Sequence record: MT701590.1
DNA: 64,000 nucleotides
Direction: 5' to 3' (one strand)
Source of the DNA: Klebsiella phage Miami
This document shows positions 1-10,267 of this stretch, in pieces (the stretch's first letter is position 1; each line of letters starts with the position of its first letter). Position numbers and translations under genes: made by a program. The notes beneath the pieces were generated by a model. The model saw nothing but the letters and a program-made list of their open reading frames with translations, was not told the origin of the DNA and ran no database searches.

Positions 1-84
1 CACCGGCACGGGGCAGTTCCTTTACAGTCCAACGGTGGAACCTCACGAATTCTTATTCCGAAATCTCAGTAACGGACTCAACCT

Positions 85-3000
85 ATGAGCGTATTATACC
101 AACAGTTCTTCCGCAATTTTGTTCTTAGGAAAAAACAAGAAATTACAAATCCTAAGTTTCACCATCTGACGGATATGGTGTTGCCGAGAGAATCGGTAAT
201 GATGTATCTACCGAAGACGCAAGAAGATATCGGCCCGAGTACCGAGGAGCCCTTAATAGGGACTTACCCTGATGGGGTTAACATTTATTTCAACAGTCTT
301 TATATAACCCCCATCGGAAGAACTCGACCCGTTCCCTTTAACGAAAAGCAATCTATACAGCTTTATCGTAAAAGCCATTTCAAATACAACTGGGCGAGGA
401 CGTTGTCCAACTACCTGAGTCGTCGTCAGGAACTGTTGGTAAACAACATAGCGATGGGACCTCATCGTCACCGTTATGTCTTTACTCGCTTTGTTCAGTT
501 CGAACGAGCTTACAACCAACTGGCTTCTGGGATTGAAGCGGTTAAACAAATGAGTAAGGAAACGACCCGCCATCAATACTGGCGAATAGAACTTCCTCCA
601 GCCATCCCCGATTATCGTCAGCTACTGGTAGCAGTCGATCATTATAAGAAGGCGTTCAAAGACGGCGTTTATACCACGACTGACAATCAGGCGGTACTCC
701 CGTTTAAGGGTTACGGTTCTTATTGGATCATGGACTGGTATCTCTTCTTGATAGGCGAAAAGAACTACAGTCTGTTTAATCGCTTAGATAAAGAAGAAAT
801 GGATAAACTCCACATCATCTTTAGTCATAATGGACTCAGCTGGGTAGTTAACCTTGGTATCGTCTCTCAATGGATGGAAGAACTTAACGACAAGCACGGC
901 AATCCCACCAGTATGCGTGTTAACGCGGCTAAACGGTTCCTGCTTGGATTTAGGGCTCTGATAGCGGGCGGCACGCTAAGTGAAACCATAGAGGAGAAAC
1001 CTCATGCCGCAGAGAATGTCGGATTGGGTACTGGAACGCCAGAAGAGGAAAGAAGAAGCCAGGAAGTTAATAAGGAATCAGAAGAAGAACCGCTGGATCT
1101 CGATGAGTCTGAAGAGATTACTGATCAGTCTGTTACTATGCTTGATCTTTTCATGGGCAGCAAAAAGGCTGATACAGAATCTGATGATGACCAAGGAGGA
1201 GAGGATTCAGGAGGAGCTGATGAGAATCACGGAGAAGAGTGGGCTGCAGCGGTCGACGATGAATTACTTTATAACGCCGAAACAGAAGGACTAGGGGAAA
1301 CCAAGAAAGTTATTTTCAGTACCCCGGAATCTGGCATCCTGAGAGCCTTAGAGCAAAGAGCCAAGGCCGGGACATTAACTGTTGCGGAACAACGTTATTA
1401 CACTAATCTCGCGCAATCATACAAAACAATCAAAATGCCTAACGGTGAAAGTCTTGAAAGTTTTGTTAAGATCGATCAGGCCAAACTCCGCCACCTTCCT
1501 GCTAAAATTGCTCCTGAGATGAGAGGGATCATCGACCCTTCTCAGCTACAAAGTAGAGCGACAAATCTTAAAACGAAATACTCTGAAGAATTCCTTAACC
1601 GGGATATCGCCGGGATGATTCTTAACATTCAGAACGCCGGTATCGTTTTAACCGACCTGAAACGTGAACGTATCGTCAATGCGGAATCGGCTTACGACGT
1701 TTATACCATGAACGTTCATCCTGTTGGCGGATCGCCTAAGACCGCAATGTTCCGTATCCCCAAAATTGACAAAGACGGAACCTTCACTGTCGATGGGGTA
1801 AAACAACATCTTCAACTTCAGCGTATGGAAATACCGATTCGTAAGATAAACTCGGAGCAGGTTGCTTTGACGAGTTATTATGACCGCAAGATCATGATGT
1901 CTCGTTCTACCAAGGTCGCCGACGATTACGGATTGTGGCTGAACAAGCAGCTTATTCTGTTGGGCGAAGCCGGTAAAGTATCCGGGGTGTTGGGCGATGT
2001 CTATAATCGTAGTTACGCTGTTCCTCGTACTTATTCTGCGTTAGCCAAACGGTATCGGTCATTAAAGGCGGGTGGGATTGAATTCAACTTCGATCTTTCT
2101 AGTCTTGTTGGATCAGAGAAAGAAATCAATAAGCTGATTTCTCCTAACTGGGTTCCGGTGGCTAAAGAAGGTGACGACTTCATCTTTATGGATGATGGCG
2201 GTAACCTTTATAAAGATAAGACACACATTGGTTCTTTCGAAAGCCGCTGTGGAATTGACACGACGAAAGCCCCAGTCGATATCGTTACGGTGAATGTAAA
2301 CGGATACGCCTTCCCTATCGGGGTAGTGCTGGCTTACTACTTCGGATTCGACGAACTTCTTAAAGCACTCAATGCTGACTATCGGACCGTTCCGGCCGGT
2401 GAGAAAGTTCGGATGGGTCAGGACGAATACGCGATAACCTTTAACGATGAAACGCTCATTTTCAACAGACGGGATAGTTTAACCGCACTCATTATGGGTG
2501 GGTTCCGGAAGTTAGCGAATTTGAGTAACTTCTCTCGTTATGACCTAAACACGAAAGGTGTGTGGGTGCCGGCTATCGGGGATAAGAAAGTCAAACCGGG
2601 TCATTTTGATGAAATGCGTTTGATGTTCGAAATGTTCATCGATCCTATCACCAAATCTGAACTGGTTAAAAGGGGTTATCCGACCGAGCTTCATTATCTC
2701 ATGATCGAAGGCGTCAAAATGCTGAACACCGATCGGACTGCTCACGAGATAGAATTAACTGAGCAACGTTTCGTTGGGTATGAACGTTTCGCCGGTCGGG
2801 TCTATAACGAAATTGTTAAGTCGACTCGTCAATTCAGGAATAAAGGTAATGACAAACGTTTCACCTTCGATATGAACCCTGAAGCGGTTATCATGAGTAT
2901 CATCACCGATACAAGTGTAAACCTAGTCGAAGAGGTTAACCCCATCCACGAAATCAAAGAACAGGAAGTTGTTACCTTTGGTGGTACTGGTGGGCGAAGT

Positions 3001-4341
3001 GAAACGACAATGGTCAGACGTACACGTGGTCAGCAAGAGAACTATGCTGGGGTTATCTCCGAGGCTGGTAAAGACTCCGGTAAAGTTGGGTTCGTGAGTT
3101 ACTTAACGAGCAACCCTAAGATCGCCGATTTCCGTGGTAACGTCGACCTAAGCATGCCTGACACTCTGAGCGGCAGACTGTCGGTAACATCCAACCTTTT
3201 AGCTCACTCGACCTCCGATGACCCCAAACGTGCTCTGTTCTCCGGGGTACAGCAAAGCCAGGGGGTATCTGCGACTAACTATCAGACCAACTGGTTACGC
3301 ACAGGGGATGAGCTGGTTATCGCACACCGGACATCTGAGCTTTATTCTAAACCGGCTAAACTCGACGGTAAAGTAATAAAGCTTACCAAAGAAGGTTTAG
3401 TGGTCGAATACAAGGATGGAACGACGGACAGCTATCCGTTAGGCTTGACTATCGGTAGTGCGTCTGGTGAATTCCACAGACACACAAGGGTTACCGATTT
3501 AAAAGTCGGCGATAGTTTCAACGCCGGAGACATTATCGGTTGGGATGAAATGTACTTTGAAAGGGATTTGGCTAACCCTAATCAGGTCGCGTGGAAATGC
3601 GGGGTAATGGTGAGGATTGCCTTTGTTGAGAATCAGTTCACGTTTGAAGACTCCATTGAGGTTTCTAAAGACTTCGCTGAGCAGACGAAAACGCCTTATT
3701 TGAAGTTGAAAGAATTCTCTTTAGACTTCGAACAAACTCTCGTCCCTCACGTAGAAGTCGGGTCGGAAGTCGACATGGACGCGATTTTATGCTCGATAGA
3801 GGATCCCCACGTAAGTGGTCTGGACGATTCTGATGACACTTTCTCAGGATTAGAGCGTTTAGGGGTTAAACAAATTCGGTCTAACCATCATGGCCGTGTT
3901 GTTAAAATTGAGTGTGTTTATAACGGTTCAATTGAAGACATGTCAGATAGCCTGAAAGGGTTTGTGACTAAGTTAGATAAAGAACGTCAACAGCTCAATA
4001 AGGTCACTCATACCGGGATCGTTAACGGTAACGTTGGGGGAAACACGTATGTTAAGAAAGCCAGTGTTGAACCTAATCGGGTTACGGTTAAAATCTTTAT
4101 TGAGGATCTCAATAGCTCCGAAACCGCCGATAAATTTGTAGTCGGTAACCAGATGAAAGGCACCGTGGGGAATATCGTGAACTACACAATGCGCACACTG
4201 GATGGCCGTATTGTCAAGATTCGATTCTCATTTAAATCGATGTTCAACCGTATGGTTCTGAGCTTACGAGATAAAATGGGTATCAATGAAGTTAACGCCA
4301 ACCGCACTTCGGCAGCAGTTAAAGCTTTCAGAGGAAAATAA
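85..4341 (+). CDS. phage multisubunit RNA polymerase beta-like subunit (phiKZ-type split RNAP; large acidic insertion)
   Basis: 1418-aa ORF. Motif TFGGTGGRSETTMVRR...ISEAGKDSGKVGF resembles bacterial beta GPGGLTRERAGFEVRDVHP..ETPEGPNIGL. Near the C-terminus ADKFVVGNQMKGTVGNI resembles beta GDKMAGRHGNKGVIS. ORF ends ~65 aa after this motif, consistent with a split beta. Confidence 0.55.
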   Translation: MSVLYQQFFRNFVLRKKQEITNPKFHHLTDMVLPRESVMMYLPKTQEDIGPSTEEPLIGTYPDGVNIYFNSLYITPIGRTRPVPFNEKQSIQLYRKSHFKYNWARTLSNYLSRRQELLVNNIAMGPHRHRYVFTRFVQFERAYNQLASGIEAVKQMSKETTRHQYWRIELPPAIPDYRQLLVAVDHYKKAFKDGVYTTTDNQAVLPFKGYGSYWIMDWYLFLIGEKNYSLFNRLDKEEMDKLHIIFSHNGLSWVVNLGIVSQWMEELNDKHGNPTSMRVNAAKRFLLGFRALIAGGTLSETIEEKPHAAENVGLGTGTPEEERRSQEVNKESEEEPLDLDESEEITDQSVTMLDLFMGSKKADTESDDDQGGEDSGGADENHGEEWAAAVDDELLYNAETEGLGETKKVIFSTPESGILRALEQRAKAGTLTVAEQRYYTNLAQSYKTIKMPNGESLESFVKIDQAKLRHLPAKIAPEMRGIIDPSQLQSRATNLKTKYSEEFLNRDIAGMILNIQNAGIVLTDLKRERIVNAESAYDVYTMNVHPVGGSPKTAMFRIPKIDKDGTFTVDGVKQHLQLQRMEIPIRKINSEQVALTSYYDRKIMMSRSTKVADDYGLWLNKQLILLGEAGKVSGVLGDVYNRSYAVPRTYSALAKRYRSLKAGGIEFNFDLSSLVGSEKEINKLISPNWVPVAKEGDDFIFMDDGGNLYKDKTHIGSFESRCGIDTTKAPVDIVTVNVNGYAFPIGVVLAYYFGFDELLKALNADYRTVPAGEKVRMGQDEYAITFNDETLIFNRRDSLTALIMGGFRKLANLSNFSRYDLNTKGVWVPAIGDKKVKPGHFDEMRLMFEMFIDPITKSELVKRGYPTELHYLMIEGVKMLNTDRTAHEIELTEQRFVGYERFAGRVYNEIVKSTRQFRNKGNDKRFTFDMNPEAVIMSIITDTSVNLVEEVNPIHEIKEQEVVTFGGTGGRSETTMVRRTRGQQENYAGVISEAGKDSGKVGFVSYLTSNPKIADFRGNVDLSMPDTLSGRLSVTSNLLAHSTSDDPKRALFSGVQQSQGVSATNYQTNWLRTGDELVIAHRTSELYSKPAKLDGKVIKLTKEGLVVEYKDGTTDSYPLGLTIGSASGEFHRHTRVTDLKVGDSFNAGDIIGWDEMYFERDLANPNQVAWKCGVMVRIAFVENQFTFEDSIEVSKDFAEQTKTPYLKLKEFSLDFEQTLVPHVEVGSEVDMDAILCSIEDPHVSGLDDSDDTFSGLERLGVKQIRSNHHGRVVKIECVYNGSIEDMSDSLKGFVTKLDKERQQLNKVTHTGIVNGNVGGNTYVKKASVEPNRVTVKIFIEDLNSSETADKFVVGNQMKGTVGNIVNYTMRTLDGRIVKIRFSFKSMFNRMVLSLRDKMGINEVNANRTSAAVKAFRGK

Positions 4342-4342
4342 A

Positions 4343-5203
4343 ATGTCTATCGCCCTAACCAAAGCGATTAAAGATATCCAGGTATCTTTAAAAGAGGTGG
4401 GGCTTTATCCTTCTAAGATCGATGGTGTGTGGGGGGATGGAAGTTCGACTGGCTTCCTTACCCTCATCAACTATTATGCGTCTAAAGAAGGTAAAGCGTC
4501 TCAAGTTAAAATCGGTCCTAAGGTCGGCAACGAAGTAGCCTTTAAAACAGTTCAGCAACAACTCCAAAACGTCGGGCTTTACGGCGGTACGATCGACGGA
4601 CTTTGGGGTAACGGAACCAAAACCGCTTTGGCAACTCTGAACAGCGTCTTCCGTTTAGGTTATCAACTACCTAAATACAGCGCATGCTGGAGTAAGAAGG
4701 TTGAACCGGCATTCGTTGCCCGTTGTAAGAAATGGGTGGACGACGAAGCTCTGGTTCCTGAATGCCTTGATTTCGTCATGGCGATTATGTGTTTCGAATC
4801 AGGCGGTACCTTCCGACCAGATATTCAGAATCGCGCCGGCGCCAACTATTGGGGTTTAATCCAATTCGGTACTGCGGCCGCAACCGATCTGGGTACTACT
4901 CTTGACAAACTCAAGAAGATGACTCAGATGGAGCAACTGGAGTATGTGTTTAAATACTTCAAGATGCGGATGAAATCGTATAAACTGAAAAGTCTGGAAG
5001 ATTTCTATATGTCCGTATTTTACCCGGCCGCAATAGGTAAATCTCCTGACACCATGATCTTCGCCAATGGTTCTGTTGGTTATCGCCAGAATAACTTACT
5101 GGACGTTGACAAAGACGGTAAGATTACCGTTGGAGAAATCAGCGTTAAAATCTATCAAACTTACTACGACGGGATGCTACCCGTTAATCGGAGAATTGTC
5201 TAA
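4343..5203 (+). CDS. endolysin: two peptidoglycan-binding repeats plus C-terminal lytic transglycosylase domain
   Basis: Two PG_binding-like repeats (GLYPSKIDGVWGDGSSTGF and GLYGGTIDGLWGNGTKTALATL). C-terminal CFESGGTF...NYWGLIQFG resembles the catalytic Glu and GLMQ-type motif of lytic transglycosylases; phiKZ gp144 has the same architecture. ATG at 4343 lies just after the upstream stop. Confidence 0.6.
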   Translation: MSIALTKAIKDIQVSLKEVGLYPSKIDGVWGDGSSTGFLTLINYYASKEGKASQVKIGPKVGNEVAFKTVQQQLQNVGLYGGTIDGLWGNGTKTALATLNSVFRLGYQLPKYSACWSKKVEPAFVARCKKWVDDEALVPECLDFVMAIMCFESGGTFRPDIQNRAGANYWGLIQFGTAAATDLGTTLDKLKKMTQMEQLEYVFKYFKMRMKSYKLKSLEDFYMSVFYPAAIGKSPDTMIFANGSVGYRQNNLLDVDKDGKITVGEISVKIYQTYYDGMLPVNRRIV

Positions 5204-5364
5204 TGGACGATACCATTAAAGAAGCGGTCGCTATCGCCAATTTGTTTGAATTGGTTAAAGCAACAACCGGGAAAGTCGGACTTGAATATATGGCCCCCAT
5301 TGATGATTCTCGTGCCGACGAAATTATCAGCGGTGCTATCAACGCGGCAGTAAAAGGACAATAA
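5203..5364 (+). CDS. small hypothetical protein (53 aa), start overlaps upstream stop (TAATG)
   Basis: ORF MDDTIKEAVAIANLFELVKATTGKVGLEYMAPIDDSRADEIISGAINAAVKGQ fills the 5204-5366 gap. It is below the ORF-track length cutoff. TAATG overlap suggests translational coupling. Confidence 0.3.
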   Translation: MDDTIKEAVAIANLFELVKATTGKVGLEYMAPIDDSRADEIISGAINAAVKGQ

Positions 5365-5366
5365 CA

Positions 5367-6866
5367 ATGATCAAGCAATCTTCCGTTTTCATTGCGTTGC
5401 CTATCGCAGAAAGTTTGGTTGGTGTTAACAAAACCTTTGCTGATAAAAGCCATCCGCTCATCAAAGGCCTAAGCGAATGCAGCTATGGATTGGTTCCCTA
5501 TACCCTCGATAACCTTCCTTTGACTTTACCGGAAGTTACTCACGAGGAAATGGAACACGGTTTGCTGCTGGATGAAGCCAGTACAACACTCGCTGAATCT
5601 GTTCGTAAGAGTTTCCAGCAAATCAGCCATTACCTCAAACCTTTCGCGAAAAATCTCATCGAAGAAATTTACAAGGCGACAGATATTGATGAAGACGCTA
5701 CACGTCAGATTTTTGACCGTCTTCAGATTGAATACCGTAAGCTCGATTACAGCTTCTTCGATAGCCCGTTTTACCCGAAAGAGATTGACGGCTCTATCGA
5801 CTACAGCAAGATCCCTCTGAAAGATCTGATGTTGCCGGATAACGCAGTTGATAAAGACTTCGGCGGGTTCGCCGATTATATCCAGGCGCCTAACGCAGAG
5901 ATCAAAGAGATCTTTGAAGCTTATCAGCCGGGTTGGGCGTTCGATAAATTTATTGGGAACAACAACTGGGCCGACGTCTTCAATATTTTCAACGGTAATG
6001 TTGATCTGACAACGGCCGGTTACAAAGACCCGGCACCTCTGTTCAGTCTGTACGTGCTGTTTACGAAAATGAAAGCGGATGAAAATCCGGCTCCATTCGT
6101 AAAAAATATCGAACTCCATCAGTATCGTGGTTACGTCAACCGGATGCATAACTTCCTGACCGTAGCGCTTGTTTTTTGTTCTCGCTACTATCAGGGTTTG
6201 AAACTCACTCCAATGCCTGTTTTATCTTTGGTGGGCAAAATGGAAATGGATCGTGGGATTAACCTCCTGCGCGGTAAAATCGTCGTAGGTCTTACCAAAA
6301 AAGGTCTTGATCTTTACGCAGCGGCGGCACCTGAAGGTTCTGTGAGTGAAGCTCTGGCCGGTAAGGCAGTGGCCATGATCGCAACCAAGTCCGATAAAGC
6401 TGGTTTGAACATCGTTGCAGGCGCAGAGTACTTCCAGGAAGTATTCCGCAATTACCTGGCTGGCGTAACGGGATCTCTGAACGCTAAGATCACTGAATCC
6501 TGTCGGGACGCAGTTGAGAATGCGCTGATCAAGTTCCAGAACGAACACGCGGAACTCAAAGATACCGTGATGGGTCTCAATGACAAAATTGAATTCCGTC
6601 GTCTGAGCCACGCTCTGCAGTCTGACGTGGATGCGTTCGTTGGTGGTTATAAATCGCAAGTTGTCGCTAACGGCGTTCCGCTGGATAAATACGTCATGGG
6701 TTCTGATCTCGTTGCCTCTCTGGGTAACCTGATGGGTATGACGTTCGCGGCGGATGTACTGCGCACCAGTGCTCGCTTGATCGGTTCAGGTGAGATCACC
6801 GATGTTCAGAAACGCGAAGCGCTGACCGAAGCGGTTGTAAAATCTTTAGTTAAACATCTTGTCTAA
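5367..6866 (+). CDS. hypothetical protein (499 aa), possible virion protein
   Basis: Long ORF with AAGGA RBS upstream of the ATG. Phage-like codon usage. Confidence 0.55.
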   Translation: MIKQSSVFIALPIAESLVGVNKTFADKSHPLIKGLSECSYGLVPYTLDNLPLTLPEVTHEEMEHGLLLDEASTTLAESVRKSFQQISHYLKPFAKNLIEEIYKATDIDEDATRQIFDRLQIEYRKLDYSFFDSPFYPKEIDGSIDYSKIPLKDLMLPDNAVDKDFGGFADYIQAPNAEIKEIFEAYQPGWAFDKFIGNNNWADVFNIFNGNVDLTTAGYKDPAPLFSLYVLFTKMKADENPAPFVKNIELHQYRGYVNRMHNFLTVALVFCSRYYQGLKLTPMPVLSLVGKMEMDRGINLLRGKIVVGLTKKGLDLYAAAAPEGSVSEALAGKAVAMIATKSDKAGLNIVAGAEYFQEVFRNYLAGVTGSLNAKITESCRDAVENALIKFQNEHAELKDTVMGLNDKIEFRRLSHALQSDVDAFVGGYKSQVVANGVPLDKYVMGSDLVASLGNLMGMTFAADVLRTSARLIGSGEITDVQKREALTEAVVKSLVKHLV

Positions 6867-6881
6867 TCGGGAATTTAATCC

Positions 6882-7607
6882 ATGAACTATTCGGCTCTAA
6901 CGAGAAATAAGGATCGGGTCTTTAAAGCATTAAAAGAGTTAGAGGGCCATTCGGTTATCGCTCTGGAGCCGTTAGAGGTTCATATCCCCAAACGCTTTAT
7001 CGAGCGATCACTAGCCGATATCGGTGATAAGGTTGAAACGATCGGTGTTCTGGGGATCGTCATTCCCGATGTCGCTTATTGCTGCATGTATCGCGTGGCT
7101 ACTGTAACACTGTCACCAAGTAACATCAGGGAAATCACAATAGACGGCGTAAGATATGTCGTATTGGATTTCGAGAAGGGCGATACAGTCTTTAACAACA
7201 TCGAGGTCGTTAAAGACGAACATCTCAACTATTCTTATTACATGGAGTTCGGGTATTTCGCAAGGGTTCCTTGGTACGTCGATGTAACGATGGCACCTAA
7301 GCTTTTCGATTACGCCGGGCTGATCACCGGTAAGAAAGTAGGGACGAGTCCTCAGGTATTCAGGGTGCTTTACGGATTATCATATCGAGATCCCGATAAC
7401 TACGAGATCGCTTATCGTTACGGCCCAGGAATTAAGGCCGGGAAGAAACCTCACCTGGTGGGGCTCAATAACGGCAGCATGTTGATAGATGGAACATTCA
7501 ACCGCCTCATGGGCGGATATCTGGCCGACAACACCATTGCGGCTATTCTTAATCCTGATACCAAAGTCACTGATTCAGAAAAAGTGATGAAGGGATCGCC
7601 AGAATAA
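6882..7607 (+). CDS. hypothetical protein (241 aa)
   Basis: ORF tightly packed after the upstream gene. Confidence 0.5.
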   Translation: MNYSALTRNKDRVFKALKELEGHSVIALEPLEVHIPKRFIERSLADIGDKVETIGVLGIVIPDVAYCCMYRVATVTLSPSNIREITIDGVRYVVLDFEKGDTVFNNIEVVKDEHLNYSYYMEFGYFARVPWYVDVTMAPKLFDYAGLITGKKVGTSPQVFRVLYGLSYRDPDNYEIAYRYGPGIKAGKKPHLVGLNNGSMLIDGTFNRLMGGYLADNTIAAILNPDTKVTDSEKVMKGSPE

Positions 7608-7621
7608 AATAAGGGTAAACC

Positions 7622-8485
7622 GTGAGTCAGTTTTCTTTCGGCAACATTATTCTTGCCAGCAACGGTAAGAAAGGACTACTAAAGCCGATCGATGATTCTG
7701 GTTACTATCTGCTTAACGCGGGGGGATTTAACGTCCCTAACCGTAACGGGATTAAATATACTGCCAATCAGTATATTCAAGAGTGTATGTCCGAGGACTC
7801 CGATCTCATGCGTCGTATTAAACGCGGTGAGGTTTATGGGGAATGCGGACATCCTCCTATGTTCTTTTACGAACGCGTCAACGGTGTGATAGTAAGAACC
7901 AAGATCACCGATCTGTATCAATGGATCATGCGTCTTAAAACTATCGACATGGACAGGGCGGCTTTCCACATTCGCAATATCCATTTTGATACTGATGCAT
8001 GGACCCCTAACAACAACGGCCCGATCTATAACAGTATCGAAGTTAAACCTTACCTTTCAACGGTGTTTGGTAAGATGTTTGAAGAGAATCTGTTAACACC
8101 TGATATGAACACTTCTGTGTCTATCAGGACGGTCACCGCTCCTCAGCAATTCGGTCATAAGACTCGTGAGGTCGAATACTTCACTGGTTACGATTGGGTT
8201 TATGAAGCGGGCATGGATTGGGCTAACAAACACATGACTGCCGGATGCGAAGCCTTCCTGCAAGAAATGGTGTTTGACGAAAAACAATCCATGACGTTGG
8301 ATACCGATACCGCCATTCAGCTGATCGAAGCAGGACTGGAGAAGGTTGACGATATTCGTAGCGTTGAAGGGGTAGAAGCCTTTGAATCCATCAAAGGACT
8401 GCTCGGGTCTCTTAAACGTCACAACGAAGACCGTAAACAGAAACACACCATTTCCTACGCTTCTAACTGCCTGGATTTATTCTGA
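7622..8485 (+). CDS. hypothetical protein (287 aa), GTG start
   Basis: ORF followed by a strong hairpin terminator at 8490-8522. Confidence 0.5.
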   Translation: MSQFSFGNIILASNGKKGLLKPIDDSGYYLLNAGGFNVPNRNGIKYTANQYIQECMSEDSDLMRRIKRGEVYGECGHPPMFFYERVNGVIVRTKITDLYQWIMRLKTIDMDRAAFHIRNIHFDTDAWTPNNNGPIYNSIEVKPYLSTVFGKMFEENLLTPDMNTSVSIRTVTAPQQFGHKTREVEYFTGYDWVYEAGMDWANKHMTAGCEAFLQEMVFDEKQSMTLDTDTAIQLIEAGLEKVDDIRSVEGVEAFESIKGLLGSLKRHNEDRKQKHTISYASNCLDLF

Positions 8486-8489
8486 TAAT

Positions 8490-8522
8490 AACTGGAGGGG
8501 GAAACCCCTCCAGTTATTTTTT
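8490..8522 (+). terminator. rho-independent terminator (10-bp stem, GAAA loop, T-run)
   Basis: aactggagggg gaaa cccctccagtt followed by tttttt. Confidence 0.6.
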
Positions 8523-8571
8523 ACTCACATCCTATTTTTATGTCGACATAACACAATAAGCGAGTTTAACC

Positions 8572-9222
8572 ATGTTTAAGAAAGATCTCTCACTCACTCA
8601 ACTCAATGATCTGGCGGCGATCAATTTTCTGGTAACTGTTCCTCTGGAAGTTAAATTGATCAGCAATCTTTACGGCGAGATGGAACGTATTTGGGGTCAG
8701 ATGCGCGATCAATATGGTGAGCATCTCATCGAACGTAATCTCGGTGGCGGTGTCAAATCCGACGGCGTAAGAGATTATGCCGAGAAACTCACCGTTCTCG
8801 TTTTTAACTCCATCGGGTCGTTCCAGCGCGGCTTGTCGAAGAAAACCATCAGTGATAAGAATGATGAGGCGACAACGCTCATTCGTCGCGTACCGGCGTA
8901 CACCGATCTGACAAACGAAAAACTTTTCAAGATCTTCATGATCAACCTCTTCGGTTACGACGAAGATCTTATCGCAATCTCTTTTGCGACTAACGATAAA
9001 GATCGTAGCAAACTGCTCTTCCGCTACATCCTCAATCGTTTTGACATCGTTCGTAACAATCCTGAGTCCGAAGAACTTATGGAAGGTTTCTATCCTGATA
9101 ACTTCTTCGAGATCGTTGCCGAAAGACCAAGCGACGTTTATCAGGAATGTTTCGCGTACATCGTAGAACAGGGTTATCCGGTCATGAAAGCGCTGCAGTA
9201 CTACGCGTCCTCATTACGCTAA
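8572..9222 (+). CDS. hypothetical protein (216 aa)
   Basis: ORF. Confidence 0.5.
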   Translation: MFKKDLSLTQLNDLAAINFLVTVPLEVKLISNLYGEMERIWGQMRDQYGEHLIERNLGGGVKSDGVRDYAEKLTVLVFNSIGSFQRGLSKKTISDKNDEATTLIRRVPAYTDLTNEKLFKIFMINLFGYDEDLIAISFATNDKDRSKLLFRYILNRFDIVRNNPESEELMEGFYPDNFFEIVAERPSDVYQECFAYIVEQGYPVMKALQYYASSLR

Positions 9223-9355
9223 AAGTTTTAAGACCTATATAACTAAGGTGAGGCAAACACAGACAAGACAGTCTGGGTGATGTTGTAACATCATCTTTTT
9301 GTTTCCTCATCTTTCTTATTTTTTTAACATCCAATTTATTATCGAGGACCGAAGA

Positions 9356-9799
9356 GTGAGCAAACTTAACAAAACTTATGCTGAATCCCAAACTGCCGCT
9401 ATTGCCAATCTGACCGAACACGCGAGCTACGACAAAGCAACGGCGCACACTACCTTTTCAGCAGAAAAGTTTTCTTTGCCTGAAGGGGTAACCCCTGAAA
9501 GTATTAAGACGCACAAAGATCTCTTCATTGACATCACCGGTGCAATCGAAGAAGCTACCGCGCAACAAACGCTGGCTGCTCATAAAGCCGATGAAAAAAT
9601 TCTCACCACCACAGGTTCTCTGGAACTGGGCGGGGTCGTCTTTACCTCTCAGCACCACCTGAAACAAAAAGTAGGCGAACACGATCTGTTCGGCGGGAGC
9701 GTGACCAGCGTCGATTATATCTATTCTCCTGAAGCGACCGAATGGGCGGCAAGCATGCGCGCCAATAACGCGAGTATCGCCGAAGATCTTTTTAAATAA
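9356..9799 (+). CDS. hypothetical highly expressed protein (147 aa, GTG start after GAGGA RBS)
   Basis: Strong E. coli-like codon bias (ctg, ggt, ccg). Upstream stretch 9299-9355 is AT-rich and promoter-like rather than coding. Followed by a terminator. Confidence 0.45.
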   Translation: MSKLNKTYAESQTAAIANLTEHASYDKATAHTTFSAEKFSLPEGVTPESIKTHKDLFIDITGAIEEATAQQTLAAHKADEKILTTTGSLELGGVVFTSQHHLKQKVGEHDLFGGSVTSVDYIYSPEATEWAASMRANNASIAEDLFK

Positions 9800-9806
9800 G
9801 GCATTC

Positions 9807-9853
9807 TTACTCCTGCCCTTAGGGCAGGAGTAAATAAGGCGTTTTATTTTTTT
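9807..9853 (+). terminator. rho-independent terminator
   Basis: ttactcctgccc tta gggcaggagtaa hairpin, then gttttattttttt. Confidence 0.6.
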
Positions 9854-9869
9854 AGGGGAAGAAAGTAGA

Positions 9870-10148
9870 ATGGCTTCTAAGTCAACCACAAGAATCTACG
9901 AACTTGCTGATGGTGGGATTCGGATTGGGTTTGTGAGAAATGAAGGATCGATCAAGGTTAAGGTAGAGCAGTTTGACCGAGAGCGCAAACTCATGAATCT
10001 GTATGGCGCAACCATCCATATTTTAGAAAAAGCGGGCGCCATCACTGAACTAAGAAAAGTATTAGGTAAACAATTTCCGCGTTGGGGATTCGACATGAAT
10101 CCCGAAGCAAAGGAAGACATCGTGCTTACTTTTATCAAATTGTTCTAG
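9870..10148 (+). CDS. hypothetical protein (92 aa)
   Basis: ORF with GGGAAGAAAG upstream. Confidence 0.4.
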   Translation: MASKSTTRIYELADGGIRIGFVRNEGSIKVKVEQFDRERKLMNLYGATIHILEKAGAITELRKVLGKQFPRWGFDMNPEAKEDIVLTFIKLF

Positions 10149-10267
10149 TATTTTATGGTAGGGGTGCTTTAGGCACTCCTACTGGACTCATCGTGCATTT
10201 TAATTCAACACACAAAAAGAATGAGACCTGTACTATTTAAGTAAGAACAATGATAGGAGTTGCTTTC

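Noticed and set aside
1004-1294. 96-aa ORF inside the RNAP beta-like gene (also 7692-7889, 8382-8579, 8984-9166, 25515-25736, 56313-56495, 56787-56990, 58269-58592, 60738-60998)
   Set aside because: Alternative-frame ORFs within larger, better-supported genes on the same strand; no independent support.
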